A stretch of 64,000 nucleotides of DNA from a plasmid. Position numbers and translations under genes: made by a program. The notes beneath the pieces are model-generated. The model was not told the DNA's origin, ran no database searches, and saw only the letters and a program-made list of their open reading frames with translations. Location of the stretch: sequence record NZ_CP142098.1. One strand, written 5' to 3'. Shown one piece after another: positions 48,981-59,893 of the stretch (positions within the stretch are counted from its first letter, which is position 1; each line of letters begins with the position of its first letter).

Positions 48981-49036
48981 AGGTGTTCCTGGTGATCTAA
49001 CGGGGATTGGGCCCGGAGCTGAGTCCAGGCGAACAA

Positions 49037-49981
49037 TTATGGAGTGACGATGGTTTGGCTGAGGAATGTATCTAGAGCTTCATCGCTTTTCAGGGATGAC
49101 AGCGGGATATAGCGCCCATCATCAGCGATCAGTGAGGGGGTGCCCGGCAAATTGTAGATGTCGAAGGCCTGATCGTTTTTGGCGATCGCCTGGTTACCGG
49201 CATCACAGATTTTATTTGATACAGTGTTCTCACCAGGTGAAATGCCTGCGTCGGCCTGGAAAAGTTGTTTCCATAATTGGCGCCGATATTGCGGTGCCTG
49301 GCAAAGCACAGGGCTCACTTGGTCGACGGTTTGCTGTTTTCCGACGAGAGTGACCGGGAAGATCTCAATATTAAATCTTTCGGAGAGCGCTTCCAGGGCC
49401 GGCTCAATAATTTGGCAGTTGTGACATAACGGATCGGCAAAAACGTAGAGGGTACGCTGATGCCCACTGGATAGGGGAATGGTGTACTGCCCTGTTTTTG
49501 CCGCATTACGTAGTGCCTTGGCAACGGCCTGGTACTGATCTGCTGTTACTTTCAATTCAGGCTGTGAGGTTGCGGCAACGGTGTTCGAAAGCGTGTTTGG
49601 CGTAACTTGCTGCGTTAGTGTTGCTGACATATCCTCCGGTTGATTTGAATACCAGAAGCCTGCTATAGCCAAGCTGAGGGCTATGGCGCTCATCATGTAA
49701 CCTAATCGTTTCCAACAGCGGCGATATGCTTGGCGTCGGTGTAGTAACGCTGCATTAATCGCGTGAAGCATCTCAGCAGCATCCTTCGTTCCAGAGCCCT
49801 GTACGATTGCCGCTGGGCCAAGATCACGATTATCGTGCCAAATGGCGTCATCTTTTAGGTAGAAACGAGGATACGGGCCGGGATCGAGTATGGCGACCAC
49901 CTGGTCGTTTTCTTGTTTGTGATTAAATACGGACAAGGTTCTGCCCTGCAGTGAAGCAGTATAGTTCGATTTCATTGTCAT
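49037..49981 (-). CDS. trbB: Thioredoxin-fold disulfide isomerase (R64 TrbB / DsbC-like)
   Basis: CxxC motif DPLCHNCQ and an N-terminal transmembrane/signal segment. Confidence 0.7.
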   Translation of the reverse strand: MTMKSNYTASLQGRTLSVFNHKQENDQVVAILDPGPYPRFYLKDDAIWHDNRDLGPAAIVQGSGTKDAAEMLHAINAALLHRRQAYRRCWKRLGYMMSAIALSLAIAGFWYSNQPEDMSATLTQQVTPNTLSNTVAATSQPELKVTADQYQAVAKALRNAAKTGQYTIPLSSGHQRTLYVFADPLCHNCQIIEPALEALSERFNIEIFPVTLVGKQQTVDQVSPVLCQAPQYRRQLWKQLFQADAGISPGENTVSNKICDAGNQAIAKNDQAFDIYNLPGTPSLIADDGRYIPLSSLKSDEALDTFLSQTIVTP

Positions 49982-49999
49982 TGACTCTATGGTGTGGGC

Positions 50000-51325
50000 T
50001 TATCTCGCCCGAGGGATGAAGTGGGCGCGGCCAGGTTTTTGGGGGGAGGTATTCGCTCCAGGGATGGTGGCTTTCGTCTGCAGCGGTGCTGTTTCGCTGG
50101 TAGTCTTCTCCGTAGTGTCCATTAGAGGCTGCAATATCACGATTGGAGCATCTTCATCCTCATCGAAGACTGGTTCACTGAGGACAGAGGTATTCGTTGT
50201 GCGATTATCGATGATCAACCCGACGCTGCGGAGTTCGTCCTCGAGGCCTTTAATGGCTTTATCCATCCTGTTTTCCGGCACGGGGATTGATGTGTGAAGG
50301 CGTTCCTCCATCTGAGCTACAACGGTTTCCCAATTAGCGACAGCAATGACTCCTGCACCTTCAATAAAAGCCTTCGGGCGTCCCGTTGATGCCAGGGTGT
50401 ACCAAAGTGGCCGATCGAGACCTTTGAGCCAACGGAATCGAGCGCATGGCAGGCGCATATCCAGGTTATGTAAGGCATAAAGCGCTGTACGTGTTGTTGA
50501 ATGGTGTTTAAGCCAATCTTGAGCAGCTGGTGTCTGCGTTACTTTTTCGAATGCCTTGCTGGCGAGCTGAAGTACGGGATATCCCATTTGTCCTTTGTCC
50601 CGCCTGCTTTTGATAAGGCATGAACGGTTCAGGCTATCGAGCAGAGCTTCAGCGGCTTTACGATCGTTTAGAAATGCGACTAGGCCAAATATGGCAACCA
50701 GAGCTCGCTCATGGGCGCTAAAACTTGAAAAGCTTTCTAACGGAGTGCCAAGTTGGCATTCGAACGCAGTTTGGGTTCTATGGGTATCAAGGCGATCACC
50801 AATAATCAGCTTGTGTTCAACTGCAAATTCTTCCGGCCACTGGGCGCTGCGATGTTCAGGCGGGTCAACGTTCAGCAACTGTGTCTTTTTATCGCCATAG
50901 CAGAGTGCCGGTATTATGCTTGGAGAAAAGCGCGCCATGATATGGGGTAGGGTATAGACATCAATATGGCGCCGGGTCTGGTTCCGCGGATGGTTGCGCA
51001 CCATGAGCAGCCCACCCATAACAATCAGGACCATCGGCGCCAATAAGATCCCCGCAGTATGATTCATAACGTCGATAAACTGACCCCATGACAGTTGATT
51101 AACTTGACTGCCTGCCCAGGCAAGGAGGTTGAGCTTTTCTGCGACCTGGTTATGGACACGGGGAAAGTCGCATAATGACCACAGTTGGTAAAGTAGCCAA
51201 CAGCATCCGTACATTACAGGGGGTTGATAGATCCAAAGCAGAAATGCTGCCAAAGCGGCAACGAGTAGCAACATAAGACCTTGCTCGTTACCGGCTCTGG
51301 GCTGCAGGTGACTTTTGGCATTCAT
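50000..51325 (-). CDS. trbA: TrbA-like inner-membrane protein (DotM/IcmP-like)
   Basis: 441 aa with N-terminal transmembrane helices. Gene order as in R64. Confidence 0.6.
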   Translation of the reverse strand: MNAKSHLQPRAGNEQGLMLLLVAALAAFLLWIYQPPVMYGCCWLLYQLWSLCDFPRVHNQVAEKLNLLAWAGSQVNQLSWGQFIDVMNHTAGILLAPMVLIVMGGLLMVRNHPRNQTRRHIDVYTLPHIMARFSPSIIPALCYGDKKTQLLNVDPPEHRSAQWPEEFAVEHKLIIGDRLDTHRTQTAFECQLGTPLESFSSFSAHERALVAIFGLVAFLNDRKAAEALLDSLNRSCLIKSRRDKGQMGYPVLQLASKAFEKVTQTPAAQDWLKHHSTTRTALYALHNLDMRLPCARFRWLKGLDRPLWYTLASTGRPKAFIEGAGVIAVANWETVVAQMEERLHTSIPVPENRMDKAIKGLEDELRSVGLIIDNRTTNTSVLSEPVFDEDEDAPIVILQPLMDTTEKTTSETAPLQTKATIPGANTSPQKPGRAHFIPRAR

Positions 51326-51471
51326 GAATTACTCCAATATGTTTAAACCCAGTCATAAGGAAAATGACTGGGTTTAAACAAGAGGTTGCACCAAATAGGG
51401 ATGTTGGAAAAGAAAGAGCGCCTAGAAAGGCGCTCGATAATATGAACTGAGTTGAAAAAATTAAAAATGAG

Positions 51472-52050
51472 TTAATAAGCCAAAGATTTTTGTTTCACGA
51501 ACTTGTTGAAAGTGTTGCCTGAGTCTTTTTCTGGTCGATAAGATGATGACAGTAAAGCATCCAACTTGCGACCAAAGTTCATGCATTTACTTTCCGTTCC
51601 TGCACTGATACGGAAGTAGGGGAAATAAACGTCATTAAACTTCAGTGTTAGCATATTTCCATTGCACTCATACCCTGAAAGTTCGAGTGTCGTCTTTCCT
51701 TGGTAAATGGACTCAGTAGTTGACACCAACAACATGGTTCCACTTCTAACGTCAATGCCTAAATATTTACCTGCATCCAAGGTTTTGAGTTCATACTCAT
51801 CGGTTGGAGAAAACTCATTGCACTTGAATACCTCGATTACGTTACGTGTTTTTGATTTTGATTTTTCTTGCACTTTCGAAAATGCATAAATGAACGTTGC
51901 GCCAATTACCAGGAAGATGTAAGGCCACGATGGGTTGCTTCTTGCGTCTGATACGTAAAAAAGAACCATTGAAAAGAGTAGGCAGCCTACACCAGAGGTT
52001 AATGCAAAAAGTAAAAAGAGAGTCCTTAAGTGATTTTGGTATTTCGTCAT
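51472..52050 (-). CDS. excA: Low-GC membrane protein in the position of the entry-exclusion gene excA
   Basis: 192 aa with an N-terminal transmembrane hairpin, located between traY and trbA as R64 excA is. Confidence 0.4.
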   Translation of the reverse strand: MTKYQNHLRTLFLLFALTSGVGCLLFSMVLFYVSDARSNPSWPYIFLVIGATFIYAFSKVQEKSKSKTRNVIEVFKCNEFSPTDEYELKTLDAGKYLGIDVRSGTMLLVSTTESIYQGKTTLELSGYECNGNMLTLKFNDVYFPYFRISAGTESKCMNFGRKLDALLSSSYRPEKDSGNTFNKFVKQKSLAY

Positions 52051-54191
52051 TTTATACCATCTCCATTTCCATTGTTGTTACTTCTCATATTAGATCTTAC
52101 ACCAGGAGATCTTTGTAGTCCATTTGAAAAGCCGGCAAAGATACTTTTTGTTGATTCAACCATACCACCAAGAATGCTTGCAGCTTCACGACCGCCGAGC
52201 CATGAGATGATGTAGTCAGGCATGGTCACTTGCAACCCGAATACACGGGTAACTGTAGTAGTGCATATGCGGGCATAAAGAGTAAGAATGCCAATTAAAG
52301 AGAATATTCCGGTAATAGAGTTTGCTTGAACGTTCGCAATGGCAGGCCCTAGCATGAGGTTGAGTAGTGTACCCATTACGATCAACGTTATGCTTGCGAA
52401 GATAAATCCGAAAACCATTAACATTGGCCTAATCATAACGTCAATGAGAAAGATATATCCATATGCAGAACGATGGCCTCTATCTCCTTCTGTTCCGATA
52501 TGAGTTGCCGCCCATAAGGTACCACCAGTGACGCCAACAAACACACTGACTATCCAGTTCGCAGCCGCTGTTAACCAATAGATAAATGGTATAAATGGTA
52601 GATAGATTGACAGGCTAAAACCAATACCAAACAACATGAAAAGAATAAAGTAAACAATCGGAGAGAGGGCATCCAATCCAGCCGCGATACCTTGAGTAGC
52701 ATTACCAGAAAAGGCGCTGGCTACTTGCCCCCAAAAACCTTCAGTGGAAACCGCAGCAAGAATTTTCGCACCAGTGAATATGCCTAGCGCAGCTTCTGCA
52801 CCACCTAACGTAATATCACCGACATATTTCATTTTCAGCATTGGATTCATTTGGTTTCCAGTTCCAAAGTCACTGCCTAACTCTGATGTCGCGATAGCGT
52901 TCGCTAATTTCTGCATGGGGGAGTTCAAGAAACCGACAAATACTGCACTGGCCTCAGATGCATCTAAGGATTGCTGGGTATCTTTAGCGCTTTCGGTCCC
53001 GAGTGGAGGTACAAAAGAAGTATTTTGCTTTTGGGATCGATATACGGTGAATACATTATTAAATAGATCGCTTACGCCAACTTCACCAATTCCAGAGCGA
53101 CCAGTAATCACGGGTTTTAGCTGTACGGCATCGTTAATTTTATTATTTGCAGTGGCAAATGTTTGATACCACGATCCGAGGGCAAGCCACCCGCTTCTCT
53201 TCAACTGAGCGGCCAATACCTCAGCCAGTTCGCTGGTTTGGCCTTGAGCGTTTAGGGTTTGATCGATGCGATTTTCGTAGGCCTGTGCGGCCCTTTGGAT
53301 GTCAGTTTCGGCGTCCGGAAGCGCGCCAGCCCCACTGTTCTGCTTGTTGACTAATGCCGTTACAAACTGAGCGGCGGCTGTCGACAGGTTATTTTGCATT
53401 TCATTCATGGCGCTCCGTTGCGCGCTGATAATGCTTTCCGTGTTTACAGGGGCAGGGAACAACCAGCCTGTGGTTTTGTCGGCGAGGCTTTCCGGCAGTC
53501 GAGCTGCGCCGCACAAAGCGCTTCCGTTGCCGATTTCAAAACCATCGCTCAGGGCCTTGATGCCCATTAGTGGTGTGCCGGCCTGGCCGTATTGCTGATA
53601 CATGTCACGCAGTTCGGTGTTGGTACTGTACATGCACAGGTTCATTTCATAGATGGCTCTCGCGGCACTGACCGTTTGTGGTGCCACGGGTTGTACGACC
53701 AGGCTGTAGCCGTCCTTGAGCAGATCGACCGTGCGGTCGGTGACAACGTTCGCGCTGCCAATGCCCATAACGGATGCCGCCCACAAAAATATCAGTTGAG
53801 CGATAGACCAGCCTGACACAGTTGGCACCAAGGTCATGAACCCAGCGGCTGTGCTGACGGGACCGACCATTGAGCTCCCTTGGCTGAATACTTTGCCGCG
53901 CTGTCCGGCCTTGACCAGGTGCGTGAGGGTTACCACCAAGAACCACACCACGGCGATCGCCATGACGATGCCGTTAAAAACGAAGAAAAGTTCACCGACC
54001 ATGCTGGTTTCGGTAGATAACGGATTGGTGACAACGTCACCAAATATCATAACCAATGCCTGACGAGACAGATCATCGGTGCGTTTAGCTGCCTGCTCGA
54101 TCGTGCTGAAGCTGACTGCGGAATCCGCGTGCGCGCAAAGGCAGAACAGGCCCAACAACAGGCCTGTGGCGAGTTTTCGAAAGGCATTCAT
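52047..54191 (-). CDS. traY: TraY (DotA-like polytopic membrane protein)
   Basis: 714 aa with a signal peptide and many transmembrane segments. Position matches R64 traY. Confidence 0.65.
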   Translation of the reverse strand: MNAFRKLATGLLLGLFCLCAHADSAVSFSTIEQAAKRTDDLSRQALVMIFGDVVTNPLSTETSMVGELFFVFNGIVMAIAVVWFLVVTLTHLVKAGQRGKVFSQGSSMVGPVSTAAGFMTLVPTVSGWSIAQLIFLWAASVMGIGSANVVTDRTVDLLKDGYSLVVQPVAPQTVSAARAIYEMNLCMYSTNTELRDMYQQYGQAGTPLMGIKALSDGFEIGNGSALCGAARLPESLADKTTGWLFPAPVNTESIISAQRSAMNEMQNNLSTAAAQFVTALVNKQNSGAGALPDAETDIQRAAQAYENRIDQTLNAQGQTSELAEVLAAQLKRSGWLALGSWYQTFATANNKINDAVQLKPVITGRSGIGEVGVSDLFNNVFTVYRSQKQNTSFVPPLGTESAKDTQQSLDASEASAVFVGFLNSPMQKLANAIATSELGSDFGTGNQMNPMLKMKYVGDITLGGAEAALGIFTGAKILAAVSTEGFWGQVASAFSGNATQGIAAGLDALSPIVYFILFMLFGIGFSLSIYLPFIPFIYWLTAAANWIVSVFVGVTGGTLWAATHIGTEGDRGHRSAYGYIFLIDVMIRPMLMVFGFIFASITLIVMGTLLNLMLGPAIANVQANSITGIFSLIGILTLYARICTTTVTRVFGLQVTMPDYIISWLGGREAASILGGMVESTKSIFAGFSNGLQRSPGVRSNMRSNNNGNGDGIK

Positions 54192-54237
54192 AAGATTTCA
54201 CCAGTCGGAGTGCCTGACGTAAACAGGCAAGAGGGAG

Positions 54238-54876
54238 TTATTGAGTTGGGCGTTCGTACCGTAGAAGAACTTTCCACCAGGTGTTTTCCCGAAGAAAGTC
54301 GGGCAGGCTACCGGCCTCCTCCTGGGAAAGGCGTTGATTGCGTAATTGCCATAGCCGCCAGGTGGAAATAAACGCTTGTAGTAATGGTATCGCTGCCATA
54401 GCGAACAGTGTCAAACACAGTGTTGCGGTCCGGATCAGCAGAGCCGGGGTAAATACCTCGCCGGCCAGAACCAGCAGAATGATCGACAGAGCGATCAGTA
54501 TTGGTACTGCCCCCAAAACGAGACACAGATGCTTGCGCCGCCGGAATCTGTCTATCAAGGTGCTCACAGACTCGCCGCTTGCGATCACTGCTTCCTCAAA
54601 CTGTAGCGTGGGGAGTGTTTGTTGATGTTCAATCCGGTAGCCGTAAGCAAGCATCAGACTGCGCTTCAAGTTGTTGGCGAGTGAAGGGCCAATTTTTGTC
54701 GCTGCGTAACGCAGTTCCGATAACGGTAGGAACAGATTTGCAGTGAAATACAGTCCCTTGCTGGCGCGCTTCCAAGACGTTTTAGATTTCGGGGATTGGT
54801 CAGTCATTACGAGCCCCTCCGGCGCTGAGTTCGTGCAGCTTGGCCTGCAGTTGTGGACGATAAACCTCGTTGGCAT
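54238..54876 (-). CDS. traX: TraX-like membrane protein
   Basis: Position and size match R64 traX. Confidence 0.45.
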   Translation of the reverse strand: MPTRFIVHNCRPSCTNSAPEGLVMTDQSPKSKTSWKRASKGLYFTANLFLPLSELRYAATKIGPSLANNLKRSLMLAYGYRIEHQQTLPTLQFEEAVIASGESVSTLIDRFRRRKHLCLVLGAVPILIALSIILLVLAGEVFTPALLIRTATLCLTLFAMAAIPLLQAFISTWRLWQLRNQRLSQEEAGSLPDFLRENTWWKVLLRYERPTQ

Positions 54877-56020
54877 TTAGGCCCAGTTGTTGGCCTTGCA
54901 GGACGTTGCCTTTTTGCAGCTGCTGCTTTATCCCCAACAGCAACCAGTTTTGTTGCGCTTGCACACGGATAGATTCACGCGCCAGGTTGTCTCCGTCCAT
55001 CGCCTGCAGGTCGGTTTGATAGTCGGTGTTGGCATAGCGCCGACCGACGTCGAACTGCTCAAATTCCCGCTCCGACATCATCCCGGTACGCCGGGCTTCA
55101 TCAGATGCTGTCTGGTTGAAGTAGGCGGCAGCTGATGGGATCTGCATCACTTCTTTCAGTACATCGCGTGTTGCTTCACTGGGTTGACTGGAGGCCACCA
55201 TGGCCAACATGGGTTCGCGTGCCGCTGTGTTCACTGCTTCGTACTGCGTCATCAGGCCGATATATTGGCGGCCGGAGGCGCTTTTTACTTCGCCTTTACT
55301 GAGCTGTTTCCCGGCCGAGGCTGGAGCACTGTTAAGTGCGTAAGCCATTGCTGCGTCGGTCTGTTTCTGATCGAAGGTTAAATCAGGCGCTTTGCCTTCA
55401 GCGCCGGCGCCATCGAGTAGGGACGTAAACCGCTTATCACCCCCCGGCAATTCAGAGAGGCGGGTGCATACCCCCGTGCCGCCGTAAGCAGCCATATCGG
55501 TGGCATCGCAGTAATCGGCATGCACGCCTGCGGCCCGAAAGGCTGTCTGTTCAGGTGCTGGAGCCGGGGCGGTCCATCCTTGGCGGATCATGGCATTGCT
55601 GATTCCCTGGCCCCGCGACAGCGCACTTTGTCGCGCGCGAGCGCGACTTTGAACTTGTGTAGCCATACCCGAACCAGATTCAGTACACAGGCTATCCGGT
55701 ATGGTATAGGTTCGGCGCGATCGCTCGAGGCGTTCGGTTTGACGAGCAAAAATATCTTGATCGCGTTGTGCTTGTGCTGCTTGTTCGATTTGCGTGGCGA
55801 TCTTGCCGCCGTTTTGGTTAATGGCGGCGCCGATCTGCTGCTGTGTAGCGGCCATCCCTGTCAATGTACCGCTCATCTGCCCAAGGACCGGAGCGACCTG
55901 TGTCTCAATGGGAACGCTAGAGGTTACGACAACGGAGACAGCGTGCACTGGAGAAGCTAATGCGGAGAGTACCAGCACGACCAGAGGGGAGAGCCTCATG
56001 GTAGGAGGGTATGATTTCAT
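54800..56020 (-). CDS. traW: TraW-like lipoprotein
   Basis: Signal peptide MRLSPLVVLVLSALASPVHA. About 400 aa as in R64 TraW. Confidence 0.5.
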   Translation of the reverse strand: MKSYPPTMRLSPLVVLVLSALASPVHAVSVVVTSSVPIETQVAPVLGQMSGTLTGMAATQQQIGAAINQNGGKIATQIEQAAQAQRDQDIFARQTERLERSRRTYTIPDSLCTESGSGMATQVQSRARARQSALSRGQGISNAMIRQGWTAPAPAPEQTAFRAAGVHADYCDATDMAAYGGTGVCTRLSELPGGDKRFTSLLDGAGAEGKAPDLTFDQKQTDAAMAYALNSAPASAGKQLSKGEVKSASGRQYIGLMTQYEAVNTAAREPMLAMVASSQPSEATRDVLKEVMQIPSAAAYFNQTASDEARRTGMMSEREFEQFDVGRRYANTDYQTDLQAMDGDNLARESIRVQAQQNWLLLGIKQQLQKGNVLQGQQLGLNANEVYRPQLQAKLHELSAGGARND

Positions 56021-56150
56021 TTCAAAGCGTCCTCAAGAAAATACCGGCAAATAGCGCGGCCCAAAAAATAGTGTTGTAAGCGAGGATGTGGAGGTTAGGT
56101 CTGCGGAGGAAAGCACGGATATACCAGTGATAAAGGCGCATGGTTGCTCC

Positions 56151-59100
56151 TTATGCTGCATCCCCCTGCACATAGCCGAGGCTTGCCAGCATGTCGTTGG
56201 CCAGTTGACGAATGGCGCCGCTTTCATCGTCATTGCCGGCGCGCTTTTTCATCATCGCAATATGTTTTTCTGCTGAACCGCCTGGGAAGGTTTTGGCCAA
56301 TAAACGTCGGGCCGTTTGGCCATCCAACGCGTCATACAGCATGTTGCGTAGAGCGCGGTTTACCGGGGTCGAGTTTAATGCCCAGAGCCGCAGTGGCCCT
56401 GCGGTGTTTTTGAGCAGCTGAGCCACGTTGCCATTGGTGGTTTGGAAAACGGCCAGAAACGTGACGCCACTTCCATCCGGCGCGGCGCCGCGGGTTGTGT
56501 TGAGCAACCTATTTAGTGTGGTACGCGGCACCTTGAAAGTTTCCTGCAGAATAGGGAAGTCCTTAGTCCTTACCCGCATCAGATACAGGGAGTTGGCGGA
56601 CTCCAGGATTGTCTGCGGGTAATCATCCAAATATTGCGAAGCGAACACCGTGCGGATACCGAATTTTCGTTTCTCGCGATCTTCGGTTTCGAGTGCATCC
56701 CATAAAATGTCGATACCTCTGATGTTATGCAGCTCATCGATAAAGATGAGTTTGACCTCCTGATCCAGTTGTTCGATGCGTTTTCGATGCAGTGGTACAT
56801 AACGTGGATCCAGATGATTGTAGAGTTCATCCTGGTACTGTGGCAGATAGAAGTCGTTAGCGCCGGCCAGATGGCGGGCGAACTGATACATGATACCTGT
56901 CTTGATTTTACCTTCCGGAGTTTGATTGCCGGCTACGTTGTTAACGTCGACGATACGAATGCGCGTATTTGGGTTGATGGAGTACCGCGTGCGTCCCGAT
57001 ATCAACGGGTAATCGAACAGCGCCTGTGTCAGACAGCGTGACACATAATGCAGTAATGACTCATCCGATCCGGGACGGTTGACGTTAGCGAAGACATTGC
57101 GCATTTCCTCGCTGTTTAGCGCCCCCTGCAGGTCGTTGAGCTCAGGTACAGCTTGAGCCTGTGCTAACGCAGCCTCGGCAACGCAGCCGGCAGTGAACAG
57201 CATATCGCGGACTTCGTACCAGGTAGCGATCTCCCACCAAGCGGCATCATAGCGACTCAGACAGCCGCTTGTTTCCAGCGCGGCATCAACCTCCGGAACC
57301 AATGACGCTCCATAACGCACCGGTTCAATGTCGCTGTTCTTGCGGTACACCATCTCAATAGCGCGTGTCAGGATCTGCCTGCATGATGGGGCATCAGGTG
57401 CAGTGCCCAGCTGTGGATCGATACACAGGCTGGTCAACAGGCCGAGCAAGTAGTCACGTTCAGTGCTGATGGGCGCTTTAAGCCCAAGTTGGATATCGAA
57501 CGGATTGCGGCAGAAATCTGCTGTATTACGCAGAATAATACTGGCAATTTTGTCCTTTTGTCCGTGGGGTAGGCTGTCATAGACCAGATCGTAAAAGCCC
57601 TGAGCGGTAAAGCCTTTGTCAATGAAAGCCATAAACGGCAGATCAGTATTACCGTTAGTGAGAGCATCGAGGTGAAGGCTGTTCGCTAACAGGGATTTTC
57701 CCGATCCTGGAGGACCTGCGAGCAGCTCGGTGTGCTTTTCCTGCAACGAACTGCCCAAGCCGATCGGATAAGGTTTGCCGTCGACGGTCTGGAAAATTGC
57801 GTTACCTTCGTTGCCCCAGGGGCTCGCTGGCCGTTGCAGCGGCATCAGTTTTAACGCTTCAGACAAAGGGGGGTACATCAGCGTTGGCGCGCTGAAACTA
57901 GACACCATAGGTAGAGTGTTGACCCAGGCACGAATGGGATCGCCGAAAGTACGGGTCACTGTTGTAACACCCCAGCTCTGGATTGCTTTTTGCAGTAACG
58001 TCAGATTGCGTTTCAAACGGCTTTTGTCTGCGTCCCAGGTACTGGCGGTGATACTCATCATACAAACAGGCTCTTTCTTGTGCTGCGCCATCAACCATGA
58101 AATGGAGTCGTAAATATCTCGTAGTTTAGGGACGAAGGCGGCAAACGACAGTAGCTGCTGCTTTTTTTCCAAAGCCTCACCGCCGCCGGGCATCAAGTCC
58201 AGACGTAAGCGCCAGGGTAACTGCCGTGGTACTTTGGTGAACAGCTGGGCAAAGGATTCGGGGCGCTGAGGTGCCAGCGTCATGGCCAACTGACCGTGAT
58301 AGAGTCCGTCGACCTCGATCAGACTGCCGTGGGTGTCGACCTCGGTGTCGCAGAACTGGAAATTCAAGTGCGGCGCCAGGGCTGCGCTGATATCGTCGCC
58401 GCGCAATTTTCCTTGAGGGATCACGCGATCGCCTGGCAGCAGGGGGCGCCACTCTTCATGGGTACTTAGCCGCTCTATTTCATCGCGGATCACATGGCCA
58501 GCTTCATGCGCGTCAAGCAATCGAACCATCACGCCGTCGTTGCCGTCGGCCAAATCAGTGGCCAGCTTATCGATAAATGCGTCGTGGCGCAGCTTAAGGC
58601 CTTCAAACTCGGCGTAAATCGGGTTTTGCCCGAAACGGGCTTCAGGCAGATCTTTGAATTGAGTATTCTGCCGCTGTATTTCTTCTCTTCGTTCACTGAG
58701 CGGCAGGGCGCCAATGGCGGAATACACGGTAAGCCAGACTCGTTCGCGGGCGACATACGGCGTGAGTTTGACGATTTGCTCATCGACCAGGTCATCGAGA
58801 GCCAGACCAAGCTTGCGGTAGGCGCGGCGTTGCGGTTCGACGAGACGAGTGATTTCTTCGGCGCTGCGCGTTGGATCGCGTTCAAACACGATGCTGATTT
58901 TATGACCCAGGCTTTTGAAATCGCCGGTCAATGCATCGCGTAATTTCAGAACGAAGCGCAGGAAGCTGTCCGGCGTCGGTGTTTCATTTTCGTGCTGGGG
59001 AACTGCCTCACTGAACTCGCGAAAAGCGCCTAGGATCTCAAAAGTGCTGGCATAGTCGTTAGTTTTAGTGACGTGTATGTAGGGAGCATCAAGTGAGGGG

Positions 59101-59267
59101 TGTCGGATTTTGTCGTCTGGTGTCAGGCCTATGACGGTACGCAGGTCACAATACTGAGCGAAATCGCGGCCTAGGACATAACGGGAAAAATAGGCAAAGA
59201 GATCTTCGATTTTATCGATAATCACAGTTAACTCCGGGACAGATAGTCGTGATAGAAAGCGCGCCAC
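56151..59267 (-). CDS. traU: TraU (DotO/IcmB-type T4BSS ATPase)
   Basis: 1038 aa with Walker A AGPPGSGKS. Size matches R64 TraU. Confidence 0.8.
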   Translation of the reverse strand: MARFLSRLSVPELTVIIDKIEDLFAYFSRYVLGRDFAQYCDLRTVIGLTPDDKIRHPSLDAPYIHVTKTNDYASTFEILGAFREFSEAVPQHENETPTPDSFLRFVLKLRDALTGDFKSLGHKISIVFERDPTRSAEEITRLVEPQRRAYRKLGLALDDLVDEQIVKLTPYVARERVWLTVYSAIGALPLSERREEIQRQNTQFKDLPEARFGQNPIYAEFEGLKLRHDAFIDKLATDLADGNDGVMVRLLDAHEAGHVIRDEIERLSTHEEWRPLLPGDRVIPQGKLRGDDISAALAPHLNFQFCDTEVDTHGSLIEVDGLYHGQLAMTLAPQRPESFAQLFTKVPRQLPWRLRLDLMPGGGEALEKKQQLLSFAAFVPKLRDIYDSISWLMAQHKKEPVCMMSITASTWDADKSRLKRNLTLLQKAIQSWGVTTVTRTFGDPIRAWVNTLPMVSSFSAPTLMYPPLSEALKLMPLQRPASPWGNEGNAIFQTVDGKPYPIGLGSSLQEKHTELLAGPPGSGKSLLANSLHLDALTNGNTDLPFMAFIDKGFTAQGFYDLVYDSLPHGQKDKIASIILRNTADFCRNPFDIQLGLKAPISTERDYLLGLLTSLCIDPQLGTAPDAPSCRQILTRAIEMVYRKNSDIEPVRYGASLVPEVDAALETSGCLSRYDAAWWEIATWYEVRDMLFTAGCVAEAALAQAQAVPELNDLQGALNSEEMRNVFANVNRPGSDESLLHYVSRCLTQALFDYPLISGRTRYSINPNTRIRIVDVNNVAGNQTPEGKIKTGIMYQFARHLAGANDFYLPQYQDELYNHLDPRYVPLHRKRIEQLDQEVKLIFIDELHNIRGIDILWDALETEDREKRKFGIRTVFASQYLDDYPQTILESANSLYLMRVRTKDFPILQETFKVPRTTLNRLLNTTRGAAPDGSGVTFLAVFQTTNGNVAQLLKNTAGPLRLWALNSTPVNRALRNMLYDALDGQTARRLLAKTFPGGSAEKHIAMMKKRAGNDDESGAIRQLANDMLASLGYVQGDAA

Positions 59268-59893
59268 CAGGTTGTTCCAGCTTCAAGACCGTCAGTGGCC
59301 AGCTGGCCTTTTATACGTGCGGGATGTAACACCAACGCGAGATGTTGCCAGCGCTCCGCTGCAGTTTGTCGACCTTCCTCATCCAGTTTGCTCAGAGCCT
59401 GGGCGAACGCTTGCGGGTGTGTGGTGCCCCAAGCTTGTTTGACGGGACTGTCGTGGGTTGTCAGCCAGTCCAGTAACGCTTGTGCGTCGCTGCGATATTC
59501 ATCGTCGGTGGAAGATAACGCCTGCACGATAGCTCGCTGCAGATGATTTGCATCTTCCGGAGCCAAAGCAGGCAGATAAACCATCACACCCGCTTCGGCA
59601 GAAACAGAGTCGAGTTTTTGCCAGGCTTCGCAAATTGGATCTGCGACCCCCAGGTTGTCTTGGGCAGTATTCAATGGATTGGTGTCCCTAAACACGACCC
59701 TGTTATGTGGGGATGAATAACCGCAATAGTCACAACTATGACCGCCACGGCGAGCCTGATCATCCAATATGCCGCGCTGCGCAGGCGTGAGAGCATGCCC
59801 GGTAACTCGCCGGGAGATGGAGAAAATAAGCATGAATTTTTCCAGAGATCCTGGTAGCAGGAAGGCCATCCCGAATGGGATGGCCTGGTACAA
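59228..59893 (-). CDS. traT: TraT-like protein
   Basis: Position in the R64-like gene order. Contains Cys clusters (CDYCGY, CEAW). Confidence 0.4.
   Translation of the reverse strand: MYQAIPFGMAFLLPGSLEKFMLIFSISRRVTGHALTPAQRGILDDQARRGGHSCDYCGYSSPHNRVVFRDTNPLNTAQDNLGVADPICEAWQKLDSVSAEAGVMVYLPALAPEDANHLQRAIVQALSSTDDEYRSDAQALLDWLTTHDSPVKQAWGTTHPQAFAQALSKLDEEGRQTAAERWQHLALVLHPARIKGQLATDGLEAGTTWWRAFYHDYLSRS

Noticed and set aside
56033-56233. 66-aa ORF as a candidate traV
   Set aside because: It overlaps the 3' end of traU on the same strand and is far smaller than R64 TraV. It is most likely spurious, and traV appears to be absent.
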